From Patescibacteria group bacterium (GTDB taxonomy: Bacteria > Patescibacteriota > Patescibacteriia > Patescibacteriales > XYC2-FULL-47-12): 13,677 bases of DNA. The notes beneath the pieces were generated by a model. The model ran no database searches. It was given only the letters and a program-made list of their open reading frames with translations, and was not told the origin of the DNA. Shown here in pieces: positions 6,672 to 13,593 of the stretch. A program made the translations under genes and the position numbers. Positions within the stretch are counted from its first letter, which is position 1. Every line of letters begins with the position of its first letter. The DNA lies in assembly GCA_041666885.1 (NCBI GenBank), contig JBAYGB010000009.1:1-13677 (forward strand), read 5' to 3'.

Positions 6672-6735
6672 TGTCATTCCCGCGCAGGCGAGAATCTACT
6701 CTTACTCTTAGATTTCCGCCTGCGCGGGAATGACA
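6672..6735. repeat. GC-rich palindromic element family 1, copy 3 (minimal 64-bp form) in the divergent trxB/infB promoter region
   Basis: TGTCATTCCCGCGCAGGCGAGAATC, then TACTCTTACTCTT, then GATTTCCGCCTGCGCGGGAATGACA. The arms are near-perfect reverse complements (24/25). The centre is a TACTCTT 7-mer x2. Confidence 0.85.
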
Positions 6736-6792
6736 GGATAAAAAAATTCTATATCAATATCATATCTTAACTAAACTTTTTAATCAATTTTC

Positions 6793-6821
6793 TTGACTTT
6801 AAACCGGTTTTCAATTAAAGT
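6793..6821 (+). promoter_or_regulatory. Sigma70-like promoter candidate TTGACT-N17-TAAAGT for infB, implying a very short leader
   Basis: TTGACT 6793-6798, a 17-nt spacer, TAAAGT 6816-6821, and only 9 nt to the ATG at 6831. No SD. Confidence 0.35.
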
Positions 6822-6830
6822 AAAAATACT

Positions 6831-8813
6831 ATGAATATAACCGAATTAGCCAGAAGATTAAAACTCACCACGAGCGAGTTGTTTGACACTTTGCCTCAGC
6901 TCGGTTTTGACATTGGCCGGCGGGCGATTAAAATTGACGACCATATCGCTTATAAAATCGTCGCCAACTGGTCAATTTACAAAAAACAGCTGGACGCCAA
7001 AAAAATCGCCGCGGGTGAAATGGCGGCGCCGGTCGCCAATCCGGCCGACAAAAAAACGATTACCATCCCGCCGCAAATCGTGGTGCGGGATTTTGCCGCG
7101 CTAGCCGGTTTGAACGTCAGCAAGGTTTTGACGGAATTGATGAAAAACGGAATTTTTATTTCCATGAATGAAAAAATAGATTTTGACGCCGCGTCCATTA
7201 TCGGCGCGGATTTGAATTTGGAAGTGCTTTTGGACGAGACGGCCGACATCAGCGGACAAAGCGACAACAAATTAAAAAATATCATGGATAAACAGGACAA
7301 AGCGCATTTGGAAGCGCGGCCGCCGGTAGTGGTGGTAATGGGACACGTTGACCATGGTAAAACCAAACTCTTGGACGCCATTCGTGAAACCAACGTAGTG
7401 GCGGGGGAAGCGGGCGGCATTACGCAGCATATCGGCGCGTACCAAATTGAACAGCGGGGTCAGACGATAACTTTCATTGATACTCCCGGACACGAAGTTT
7501 TTACCGCCATGCGCAGCCGCGGAGCGAAAGTGGCGGATGTCGCGATTTTGGTCGTGGCCGCCGATGACGGCGTAAAACCGCAAACCGTTGAAGCGTATCA
7601 TATTATTGAACAGGCAAAAATTCCGTTTGTCGTCGCGATTAATAAAATTGACAAACCCGAGGCGGATATTGACCGCGTCAAAAGCGAATTGTCCAATCAG
7701 TTGCACATTACGCCTGATGATTGGGGTGGAAAAACAATGTGCGTGCCGATTTCCGCCCGAGATAAAATCGGCATTGATAAACTTTTAGACGCGGTATTGT
7801 TTTTAACCGAAATGGAAAAAGAAAAAATTATCGCGAACCCGAATGCGTCGGCGGTCGGCACGGTGGTGGAATCAAACGTGGATAAAGGCGAAGGGCCGGT
7901 CGCGACGATTTTAATTCAAAACGGCACTCTGCGCGCCGGTGAGATTCTTTGTTTTAACAATGAACCTTTGGGCCGGGTGCGCATCATGAAAAATTATCGG
8001 GGAGAGATAGTGCCAGTTGCCACGCCGGCCATGCCGGTTAGAATATCCGGCTTAAAATCCAGCCCGAGCATCGGCGATATTGTGGAAGTTGTTTGCGCCG
8101 GGGAAACGGCGACCGGCAGCGGCAAAAAAATGCGCTTGGGTAAAATTAAAAAAGGAAATTTTAAATCGGCGACGACGTCAACCGCCGCCTCGGCGGAAAA
8201 TAATGCCAGCGTAAAGTTTGTTAATATTGTTATTCGTACGGATGTCTTGGGTTCCGTTGAAGCGATTGAAGAGGCGTTGGAAAAATTGGGCACGGCGGAG
8301 GTAAAAGTAAAAATAATAAAAAAAGGTTTGGGAAACTTTACGGAAAGCGATGTGCATACGGCCTTCGCGGCCAAAGCCTGCGTTTTGGGATTTAACGCGG
8401 AAATCAATCATGCGGTCAATCTGCTCGCGCGTGAAAAAGGCGTGGAAGTAAAAAGTTTTTCCATTATTTACGAATTGGTTGATTTTATTAAACAAAAAAT
8501 GGAAGTGTTATCCCCCAAACCGGTCGTCAGAAAAGGATTGGGAACGATAAAAGTTTTAGCCATTTTTAAAACCGGCAATAACAGCCAAATCATCGGCGGT
8601 AAAGTGGAAAGCGGATTGATTGAACTTAACGCCAAAATTGAAGCGGTGCGCGATGATATGGTTATCGCGATTGGCGAATTGGTTGGGTTGCAGTCAGGAA
8701 AACAAAGCGTCGTTGATGTTGCGAGCGGGCAGGAATGCGGCGTGGAATTCAAGGGCGAACCGGTGATTAAGTCGGGCGATGTACTGAGAGTATATAAAGA
8801 AATTACGAATTAA
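6831..8813 (+). CDS. infB: Translation initiation factor IF-2
   Basis: IF2_N-like N-terminus. G-domain motifs [12 protein letters not shown] (G1), DTPGHEVF (G3) and AINKID (G4), followed by IF-2 domain II through C2. 660 aa. Confidence 0.95.
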   Translation: MNITELARRLKLTTSELFDTLPQLGFDIGRRAIKIDDHIAYKIVANWSIYKKQLDAKKIAAGEMAAPVANPADKKTITIPPQIVVRDFAALAGLNVSKVLTELMKNGIFISMNEKIDFDAASIIGADLNLEVLLDETADISGQSDNKLKNIMDKQDKAHLEARPPVVVVMGHVDHGKTKLLDAIRETNVVAGEAGGITQHIGAYQIEQRGQTITFIDTPGHEVFTAMRSRGAKVADVAILVVAADDGVKPQTVEAYHIIEQAKIPFVVAINKIDKPEADIDRVKSELSNQLHITPDDWGGKTMCVPISARDKIGIDKLLDAVLFLTEMEKEKIIANPNASAVGTVVESNVDKGEGPVATILIQNGTLRAGEILCFNNEPLGRVRIMKNYRGEIVPVATPAMPVRISGLKSSPSIGDIVEVVCAGETATGSGKKMRLGKIKKGNFKSATTSTAASAENNASVKFVNIVIRTDVLGSVEAIEEALEKLGTAEVKVKIIKKGLGNFTESDVHTAFAAKACVLGFNAEINHAVNLLAREKGVEVKSFSIIYELVDFIKQKMEVLSPKPVVRKGLGTIKVLAIFKTGNNSQIIGGKVESGLIELNAKIEAVRDDMVIAIGELVGLQSGKQSVVDVASGQECGVEFKGEPVIKSGDVLRVYKEITN

Positions 8814-8960
8814 GAATTAAGAATTACGAATGAGGAATTAAGAATGCAGAATGCAAATTAAGTTAAAAGTGAAAAGTTAAAATTGTTTGCCTCGCCGCAG
8901 CTTCTAGCGAAGGCGGGTTAAATTGTTTGAAAATTAGAAATTGAAAATTGAAAATTTTTA
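8800..8960. repeat. Degenerate heptamer array (GAATTAA/GAATGCA/TTAAAAG x ~12), then bulged hairpin 8895-8916 flanked by direct repeats GTTAAA(A)TTGTTTG, then (GAAAATT)x4
   Basis: 7-nt periodicity is visible from 8807 to 8889 and from 8929 to 8956. The infB stop codon is part of the first GAATTAA unit. The TTG at 8941 used by the ORF caller for rbfA lies inside the GAAAATT array. Confidence 0.8.
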
Positions 8961-8964
8961 TCAT

Positions 8965-9312
8965 ATGCCCCGAAGAATAGAACAAGTTAATGAAATGCTG
9001 CGCGCGGAAATTGCGCTCGCGATCGCGCGCGAACTGGATTTTTCGGACGCGCTTTTGACCGTGACCAAGGTTGACTGCGCGCGCGAACTGGACGAGGCGA
9101 GAGTCTGGATCTCGGTTTTGCCGGATAATCGCGCCGGCTCGGCGATGCAAGCTTTGCGCCGCGGACAGAGCCTGATTCGACAGGCAATCGGCAAAAAAAT
9201 TTCCTGGCGCCGCTTACCGCGGTTTATTTTTATTTTTGACGATACGGAAAAGCACGCCGCCGTCATTGATAATATTTTTAAAGAAATTAACCAAGCAGAA
9301 ATTAATGGCTAA
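8965..9312 (+). CDS. rbfA: Ribosome-binding factor A
   Basis: MPRRIEQVNEMLRAEIALAIAREL...VTKVDCARELDEARVWISVL aligns with the RbfA N-terminal consensus (RxxRVxExLxxEIAxIL...VTxVxxSxDLxxAxVYVx). I chose ATG 8965 over the upstream TTG 8941. Confidence 0.85.
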   Translation: MPRRIEQVNEMLRAEIALAIARELDFSDALLTVTKVDCARELDEARVWISVLPDNRAGSAMQALRRGQSLIRQAIGKKISWRRLPRFIFIFDDTEKHAAVIDNIFKEINQAEING

Positions 9313-10267
9313 CGATTCCGTCTATCAAGAAATAATAAACAAGCTCGCGACCGCTCGCAAAGTTTTTTTGGCCACGCATGAAAACCCGGACGGCGACGCG
9401 GTCGCTTCCATCTGCGCTTTTGCCGAATGGCTTAGACTATTGGGAAAAGAATTTTATCTTTTTTGCGCGGACGAGCCGGAAGACGGCTTTCATTTTTTGC
9501 CGCAAATGGAAAAAATAAATCGGCGGATGGAAGAAATTGATTTTGACGATTTTGATTTGATTATCGTGCTGGATTGCGGCGCTTTGCACCGGACAAAAAT
9601 TGAAACGGAGATAAAGGCAAGCAATTTGGTAATCATCAATATTGACCATCATATTTCCAATAATCAATTCGGCAGCATAAATTTAGTTGACGCCGAAGCC
9701 GCCTCCACCACGCAGTTGTTATATGAACTTTTTAAATTCAGCAAATTGGAAATCAGCCGCCAGCTCGCAAGTTGCATTCTGACCGGCATTATTACCGACT
9801 CCGGCAGTTTCGCTTATGCGGCAACTAACGCCAATACTTTCAGTGTGGCGAGTGAAATGTTGACGCGGGGCGCGAATGTGCGCGCGATTGTAAATTACAC
9901 GGAAAAAAATAAAAATTTAGCCACTTTAAAAGCGTGGGGCTATGCTTTGAGCCAGATGCATTACAATGCCGATTACGATATTGCTTATACCGTCATCACG
10001 CAGGCGGATTTGATAAAATTCAACATCACCAAGCAGGATTTGGAAGGTTTGGCTAGTTTTTTAAATAATTTGAAAGATGCTAAAATAATATTGGTGCTGT
10101 ACGAACTCGGAGACGGGCGGGTAAAAGGCAGTTTGCGCACGAACTTAATCAACGTTGATGTCGCAAAATTAGCCCAAGTATTTGGCGGCGGCGGGCACAG
10201 GAAAGCGGCGGGATTTGAAGTTGAAGGAAAATTGGCGCAGGCGGGCGGTGGTTGGAGAATTGAATAA
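9305..10267 (+). CDS. nrnA: DHH/DHHA1 family phosphoesterase, NrnA-like (oligoribonuclease / pAp phosphatase)
   Basis: DHH motifs HENPDGDAVAS, VLDCG, NIDHH and the DHHA1 motif GGGGHRKAAGF. The ATG at 9305 overlaps the rbfA stop (ATGGCTAA, 8-nt overlap), so the two are translationally coupled. The ORF-table start 9236 is a TTG extension. Confidence 0.85.
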   Translation: MANDSVYQEIINKLATARKVFLATHENPDGDAVASICAFAEWLRLLGKEFYLFCADEPEDGFHFLPQMEKINRRMEEIDFDDFDLIIVLDCGALHRTKIETEIKASNLVIINIDHHISNNQFGSINLVDAEAASTTQLLYELFKFSKLEISRQLASCILTGIITDSGSFAYAATNANTFSVASEMLTRGANVRAIVNYTEKNKNLATLKAWGYALSQMHYNADYDIAYTVITQADLIKFNITKQDLEGLASFLNNLKDAKIILVLYELGDGRVKGSLRTNLINVDVAKLAQVFGGGGHRKAAGFEVEGKLAQAGGGWRIE

Positions 10268-10364
10268 AATAGTTAATCAGTTGAACAGTTAATTAGTTAA
10301 ATAGTTTTTGATATTTTATAACAACTAATTAACTATTCAACTAAGTAACTAATCAACTAAAACT
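10268..10364. repeat. Repeat-armed palindromic element filling the whole nrnA-clpP gap: (AGTTRAWY)x5 left arm, TTTGATATTTTAT centre, (NYAACTAA)x5 right arm
   Basis: Left arm AGTTAATC AGTTGAAC AGTTAATT AGTTAAAT AGTTTTTG. Right arm ACAACTAA TTAACTAT TCAACTAA GTAACTAA TCAACTAA AACTATG. The arms are approximate reverse complements with period 8. Confidence 0.8.
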
Positions 10365-10943
10365 ATGCCTCTAATTCCCACAGTCATTGAAAAATCGCAA
10401 TTCGGCGAACGGGCGTACGATATTTATTCCCGTTTGCTTAAAGACCGCATTATTTTTTTGGGCGAACCGGTCACGGACGTGGTCGCGAACATTATTATCG
10501 CCCAGTTTTTATTTTTGGACGCGCAAGACGGCACGAAAGATATTAAATTTTATATCAACACTCCGGGCGGTTCAGTTACCGCCGGCATGGCGATTTATGA
10601 TACGATGCAATATGTAAAATCGGATGTGTCCACTATTTGCGTCGGCATGGCCGCGAGCATGGGCGCAATTTTACTCGCTTCCGGCGCGGCGGGTAAACGG
10701 TTTGCTTTGCCGAACGCGGAAGTGATGATCCATCAAATCATGGGCGGCGCTGAAGGACAGGCGGTGGATATCAAAATTCAGGCCGAGCATATTTTAAAAT
10801 TAAAAGACAAGTTGAATCAGATTTTAGCCAAACATACCGGCCAAAAAATTCCGACCATTGAGCGCGATACCGACCGTGATTATTTTATGAGCGCGGAAGA
10901 GGCGAAAAAATACGGGATCGTTGATAAAATTATTGCAAAGTAA
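10365..10943 (+). CDS. clpP: ATP-dependent Clp protease proteolytic subunit
   Basis: [16 protein letters not shown], catalytic Ser in GMAASMGA, His in MIHQ, and the C-terminal Asp region. 192 aa. Confidence 0.95.
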   Translation: MPLIPTVIEKSQFGERAYDIYSRLLKDRIIFLGEPVTDVVANIIIAQFLFLDAQDGTKDIKFYINTPGGSVTAGMAIYDTMQYVKSDVSTICVGMAASMGAILLASGAAGKRFALPNAEVMIHQIMGGAEGQAVDIKIQAEHILKLKDKLNQILAKHTGQKIPTIERDTDRDYFMSAEEAKKYGIVDKIIAK

Positions 10944-10969
10944 TTTTGATAAATTTCCATGAATTATGA

Positions 10970-10996
10970 GGCGGCGTCACTTTGATGTCGCCTTTT
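10970..10996 (+). terminator. Rho-independent terminator after clpP
   Basis: 9-bp stem GGCGGCGTC/GATGTCGCC (two G-U wobbles), 5-nt loop, followed by TTTTGTT. Confidence 0.5.
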
Positions 10997-10999
10997 GTT

Positions 11000-11113
11000 A
11001 GATATTGGATATTAAGATATTAGGATATTGCGCTGCGAAAGCAAGAAGTTTATTATGATGATAATACTATTTCCATGCGTTGCGAATATTCAATATCCTA
11101 ATATTCAATATCT
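11000..11113. repeat. Repeat-armed palindromic element, GGATATT family, copy A (clpP-lgt gap)
   Basis: Left arm AGATATT GGATATT AAGATATT AGGATATT (11000-11029). Reverse complement of right arm 11084-11113 is AGATATT GAATATT AGGATATT GAATATT. A 54-bp unique centre separates them. The right arm ends 12 nt before the lgt ATG. Confidence 0.85.
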
Positions 11114-11125
11114 TGTATTACAATT

Positions 11126-12025
11126 ATGAATTTTTTACATTTTTATCTTCCCCAGCCAATTTTATTTCACTTAGGCGTGATAAATGTTTATTGGTACGGT
11201 TTTTTAATGGCGCTGGCGATACTCGCCGGATTGCTCGTGAGCGTGCGCGTGGCCAAGTGGCACGGAGTTGATAAAGAAATTATTTATGATTTATTTTTTT
11301 ACGTTGTTATCGCCGGCTTTATCGGCGCGCGTATTTTTTATATTTTGTATAACCCGGAATATTTTTGGCAGCATCCGTTAGATATTTTTAAAATTTGGCA
11401 AGGCGGAATTGCGATTCACGGCGCGTTGATTTTTGGAATTTTGGCAATAATTTGGTTTGTGCGGCGCATGCCGCCGATAGAGACGTTGCATTGCAACGTC
11501 TCTACGATGAAAAACAATTTTTGGTTGTTGTCCGCAATCATCGCGCCCGGTCTTGCGCTGGGACAGGCGATTGGTCGGTGGGGTAATTATTTTAATCAGG
11601 AATTATTCGGCCGACCGACTGATTTGCCCTGGGGCATTCCGATTGATTTGATAAATCGACCCGCCGGATTTGAACAGTTTACTTATTTTCACCCAACGTT
11701 TTTGTATGAGAGCGTTGGAGATTTAACGATATTCATATTATTATTATTGACGCATTGGTTTTTTGCGCATAATACAAGAAACGGGGAACGAGTAACAAGT
11801 AACGGGCAAAAACCGTTAAATAATCATTCTCTCATTACTCATTACTCATTACTCATTACTTTATATTTATTACTGTATTCTTTATTGCGTTTTATGATTG
11901 AATTTTTGCGCATTGACCCGACCGCCGGCAGTATTTTTGGGGTGCGGGCGACGATGGGGCTGAGTTTGTTAATAGGCGTTGGCGTGTTATTATATTGGCG
12001 CGCCATATTTTATTTAAAAAGATGA
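11126..12025 (+). CDS. lgt: Prolipoprotein diacylglyceryl transferase, carrying an in-frame repeat-element insertion in a C-terminal loop
   Basis: N-terminal VYWYGFLMALAIL and the Lgt signature GQAIGRWGNYFNQELFGRPTDLPWGIPID. Compared with E. coli Lgt, about 23 extra residues (AHNTRNGERVTSNGQKPLNNHSLITHYSLLITLY) lie between the sixth helix and the LRFMIEFLR segment. Confidence 0.88.
   Translation: MNFLHFYLPQPILFHLGVINVYWYGFLMALAILAGLLVSVRVAKWHGVDKEIIYDLFFYVVIAGFIGARIFYILYNPEYFWQHPLDIFKIWQGGIAIHGALIFGILAIIWFVRRMPPIETLHCNVSTMKNNFWLLSAIIAPGLALGQAIGRWGNYFNQELFGRPTDLPWGIPIDLINRPAGFEQFTYFHPTFLYESVGDLTIFILLLLTHWFFAHNTRNGERVTSNGQKPLNNHSLITHYSLLITLYLLLYSLLRFMIEFLRIDPTAGSIFGVRATMGLSLLIGVGVLLYWRAIFYLKR
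11790..11874. repeat. Intragenic repeat-armed palindromic element inside lgt: (AGTAACR)x2, then hairpin AACGG-GCAAAAA-CCGTT, then (CATTACT)x4
   Basis: AGTAACA 11791-11797 and AGTAACG 11798-11804. Centre hairpin 11801-11817. CATTACT at 11833, 11840, 11847 and 11854 (reverse complement AGTAATG), plus degenerate units TCATTCT and TATTACT on either side. The reading frame is preserved and encodes LITHYSLLITLY. Confidence 0.85.
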
Positions 12026-12054
12026 CCGCTTGCTTTTTTTCTTCAACCTTGATA

Positions 12055-12063
12055 TGATACAAT
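12055..12063 (+). promoter_or_regulatory. Extended -10 candidate TGaTACAAT upstream of rpsT
   Basis: TGATACAAT about 86 nt upstream of the rpsT ATG. AT-rich context, so weak evidence. Confidence 0.25.
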
Positions 12064-12095
12064 AAGTTAAAATAATAAATCTAATAAAAATTTAA

Positions 12096-12138
12096 GGCGG
12101 GTAGCGGCAGTCGCGGGATTGCTTCGCTCGCAATGACA
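12096..12138. repeat. Truncated half-copy of palindromic family 1 in the rpsT 5' leader
   Basis: GGCGGGTAGCGGCAGTCGCGGGATTGCTTCGCTCGCAATGACA shares TTCGCTCGC and GCGGGAATGACA-like ends with copy 1. It ends 10 nt before the rpsT ATG and can form a GC hairpin. Confidence 0.6.
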
Positions 12139-12148
12139 GATTAAAATT

Positions 12149-12415
12149 ATGCCTAACATCAAAGCGGCCATGAAAGCCTTGCGCAAAAGCAAAAAAGTAA
12201 AAATAACGAACGACGCCGTTAAAAACAACATTGGACGGCTGATCAAAAAATCGCGGAAAGCGATTGACGCTAAAGCCGATACCGCCAAAGATTTGGTTCA
12301 GCAAACGGTAAAAGCGCTGGATAAAGCGGTGCAGAAAAAAATATTAAAGCCGAACACCGGCAACCGCAAGAAATCAAGATTGATGAAAAAACTCAACCAG
12401 ATAATCGCAAAATAA
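12149..12415 (+). CDS. rpsT: 30S ribosomal protein S20
   Basis: 88 aa, Lys/Ala-rich: MPNIKAAMKALRKSKKVKITNDAVKNNIGRLIKK...LKPNTGNRKKSRLMKKLNQI, which matches the S20 consensus (MANxKSAxKRxR...N...RKKS...). It lies divergent to holA, as in many bacteria. Confidence 0.9.
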   Translation: MPNIKAAMKALRKSKKVKITNDAVKNNIGRLIKKSRKAIDAKADTAKDLVQQTVKALDKAVQKKILKPNTGNRKKSRLMKKLNQIIAK

Positions 12416-12433
12416 CAAAGTTTGTTAAAATAA

Positions 12434-12466
12434 AAAAATCCCCTAGAAATAAGGGATTTTTTATTT
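12434..12466. terminator. Strong bidirectional rho-independent terminator after rpsT
   Basis: AAAAATCCC-CTAGAAATAA-GGGATTTTT followed by TATTT. An A-run upstream and a T-run downstream allow function on both strands (rpsT on plus, holA on minus). Confidence 0.7.
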
Positions 12467-12545
12467 AATATTAGGATATTGGATATTAAGATATTAAATG
12501 CCGCGATTTTGAAAGTTCTGTCGATATCATAATATCCTAATATCC
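12467..12545. repeat. Repeat-armed palindromic element, GGATATT family, copy B (rpsT-holA gap)
   Basis: Left arm AATATT AGGATATT GGATATT AAGATATT. Reverse complement of right arm 12524-12545 is CTGGATATT AGGATATT ATGATAT. It shares an identical 24-mer GATATTGGATATTAAGATATTA with copy A. The centre differs (AAATGCCGCGATTTTGAAAGTTCTGTCG). Confidence 0.85.
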
Positions 12546-12576
12546 AGTCTCTGGCAGAAAAAAGCAGAAGTATTGA

Positions 12577-13593
12577 TTAAGGATTAGCGGCGAATAATAA
12601 AGTTAGGCCGGTTAATCCGTCGCCCTGTCCGGTTTTTATCTTGTAATCAAGCTCGGTAATTTGCGTTAGAATATTTTTTAAATAATCCATATTGAAATTG
12701 CGCGTTTGCGGCATGGTTTTTTGCACGACAAACGGATGCAGTTTGAGCGCGGCGGCGATTTGCGCCGGCGCTTGTCCGGCAATAGTTTGTTCTTTGATTT
12801 GCAAGATTATTTTAAACTGGCGGGAAATCATCGCCATAATTTGCTGCAAACTCGCGCCCGCCTCCAATTCGTTTTCCAATAGGGAAAAAAATAAAGCCTT
12901 GTTTTTATTGCCCAGCGCGTCGGTCAGCGCGAAAATGTTTTCTTCCGCCGCGCCTTTAATCAGTTGCCTTGCGTCTGCCAAAGTTATTTCCGCGCCGCCT
13001 TGCTTTTGGGTAAAATTAATCAATTTTTCCAATTCATTATGCGCTAACCACAGGTTCGATCCGGTCGCGCTGATTAACAAACTTAACGCCTGCGGATTGA
13101 CGCGCAAACCGGCCTTGCTCGCGTATTGTTTAATCCAAGTTTGCAGTTTTAAATTATCCAAGCCGTTGAACTGCTCGGAAAATTTTTGCGTTTTTAAATA
13201 CTCAAATAGTTTTTTGCGCGCCACAGTCAACTTGCCTGCCGAAGAGGCAGGTTTTTTTTCGCCATACTTTTTGCTTTCCAGGTTTCTCGCTTCATAAAAA
13301 ATCAACGAATTTTCATTATTATCTTTTTCTAATTTTTGCAGGAAAGCCAAAAGCGGTTTGAAAATCGTTTCTTCTTTGTGGCTGAATAAATCGGAAATGA
13401 TCAGCAGACGTTTTTCCGCCAAAAGCGAGCCGGAAGAAATTTTGCCGTTTATTTCATCCAGATTGGTTTTACTCCCGTCAATACTGACAACGTTGTTGCC
13501 TTGCGGGTCGCGCTGTTTTTTAAATTGTTCAATCAGCGCATTCAATTTTTGCCGGCTGCGGAAATTATCGGCGCCGTAAAGAAAGATAATCAC
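12577..13593 (-). CDS. holA: DNA polymerase III delta subunit
   Basis: N-terminus (V/M)IIFLYGADNFRSRQKL... matches the HolA consensus (iyllyGeD.fl). 338 aa with helical C-terminal domains. The start codon is GTG at 13593, and no in-frame ATG lies nearby. The gene abuts the GAATTAA array. Confidence 0.8.
   Translation of the reverse strand: MIIFLYGADNFRSRQKLNALIEQFKKQRDPQGNNVVSIDGSKTNLDEINGKISSGSLLAEKRLLIISDLFSHKEETIFKPLLAFLQKLEKDNNENSLIFYEARNLESKKYGEKKPASSAGKLTVARKKLFEYLKTQKFSEQFNGLDNLKLQTWIKQYASKAGLRVNPQALSLLISATGSNLWLAHNELEKLINFTQKQGGAEITLADARQLIKGAAEENIFALTDALGNKNKALFFSLLENELEAGASLQQIMAMISRQFKIILQIKEQTIAGQAPAQIAAALKLHPFVVQKTMPQTRNFNMDYLKNILTQITELDYKIKTGQGDGLTGLTLLFAANP

Noticed and set aside
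6635-6677. Longer trxB start at ATG 6677 (ORF table)
   Set aside because: That ATG lies inside palindromic element copy 3 and adds a hydrophobic 14-aa extension that does not align with TrxB. ATG 6635 gives the canonical N-terminus.
6376-7706. Several antisense ORFs inside trxB and infB (6376..6567+, 6883..7104+, 6977..7420-, 7272..7706-, 7994..8407-, 8178..8495-, 8468..8752-)
   Set aside because: All lie within and opposite to strongly supported conserved genes. They are typical GC-skewed shadow frames.
8800-8960. Possible CRISPR array, given regular short repeats
   Set aside because: The period is 7-8 nt with no unique spacers of 25-40 nt, and there are no cas genes. These are microsatellite-like tandem arrays, not CRISPR.
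8941-8964. rbfA start at 8941, and nrnA start at 9236
   Set aside because: Both are TTG codons chosen by the ORF caller. 8941 lies inside the GAAAATT repeat array. ATG 8965 and ATG 9305 give N-termini matching family consensus, and the latter overlaps the rbfA stop in the classic ATGnnTAA coupling.
12067-12304. Minus-strand ORFs 12067..12288 and 12092..12304, and the 8863-9266 minus and 9437-9667 minus ORFs
   Set aside because: They are antisense to rpsT, rbfA and nrnA respectively, and none has independent support.
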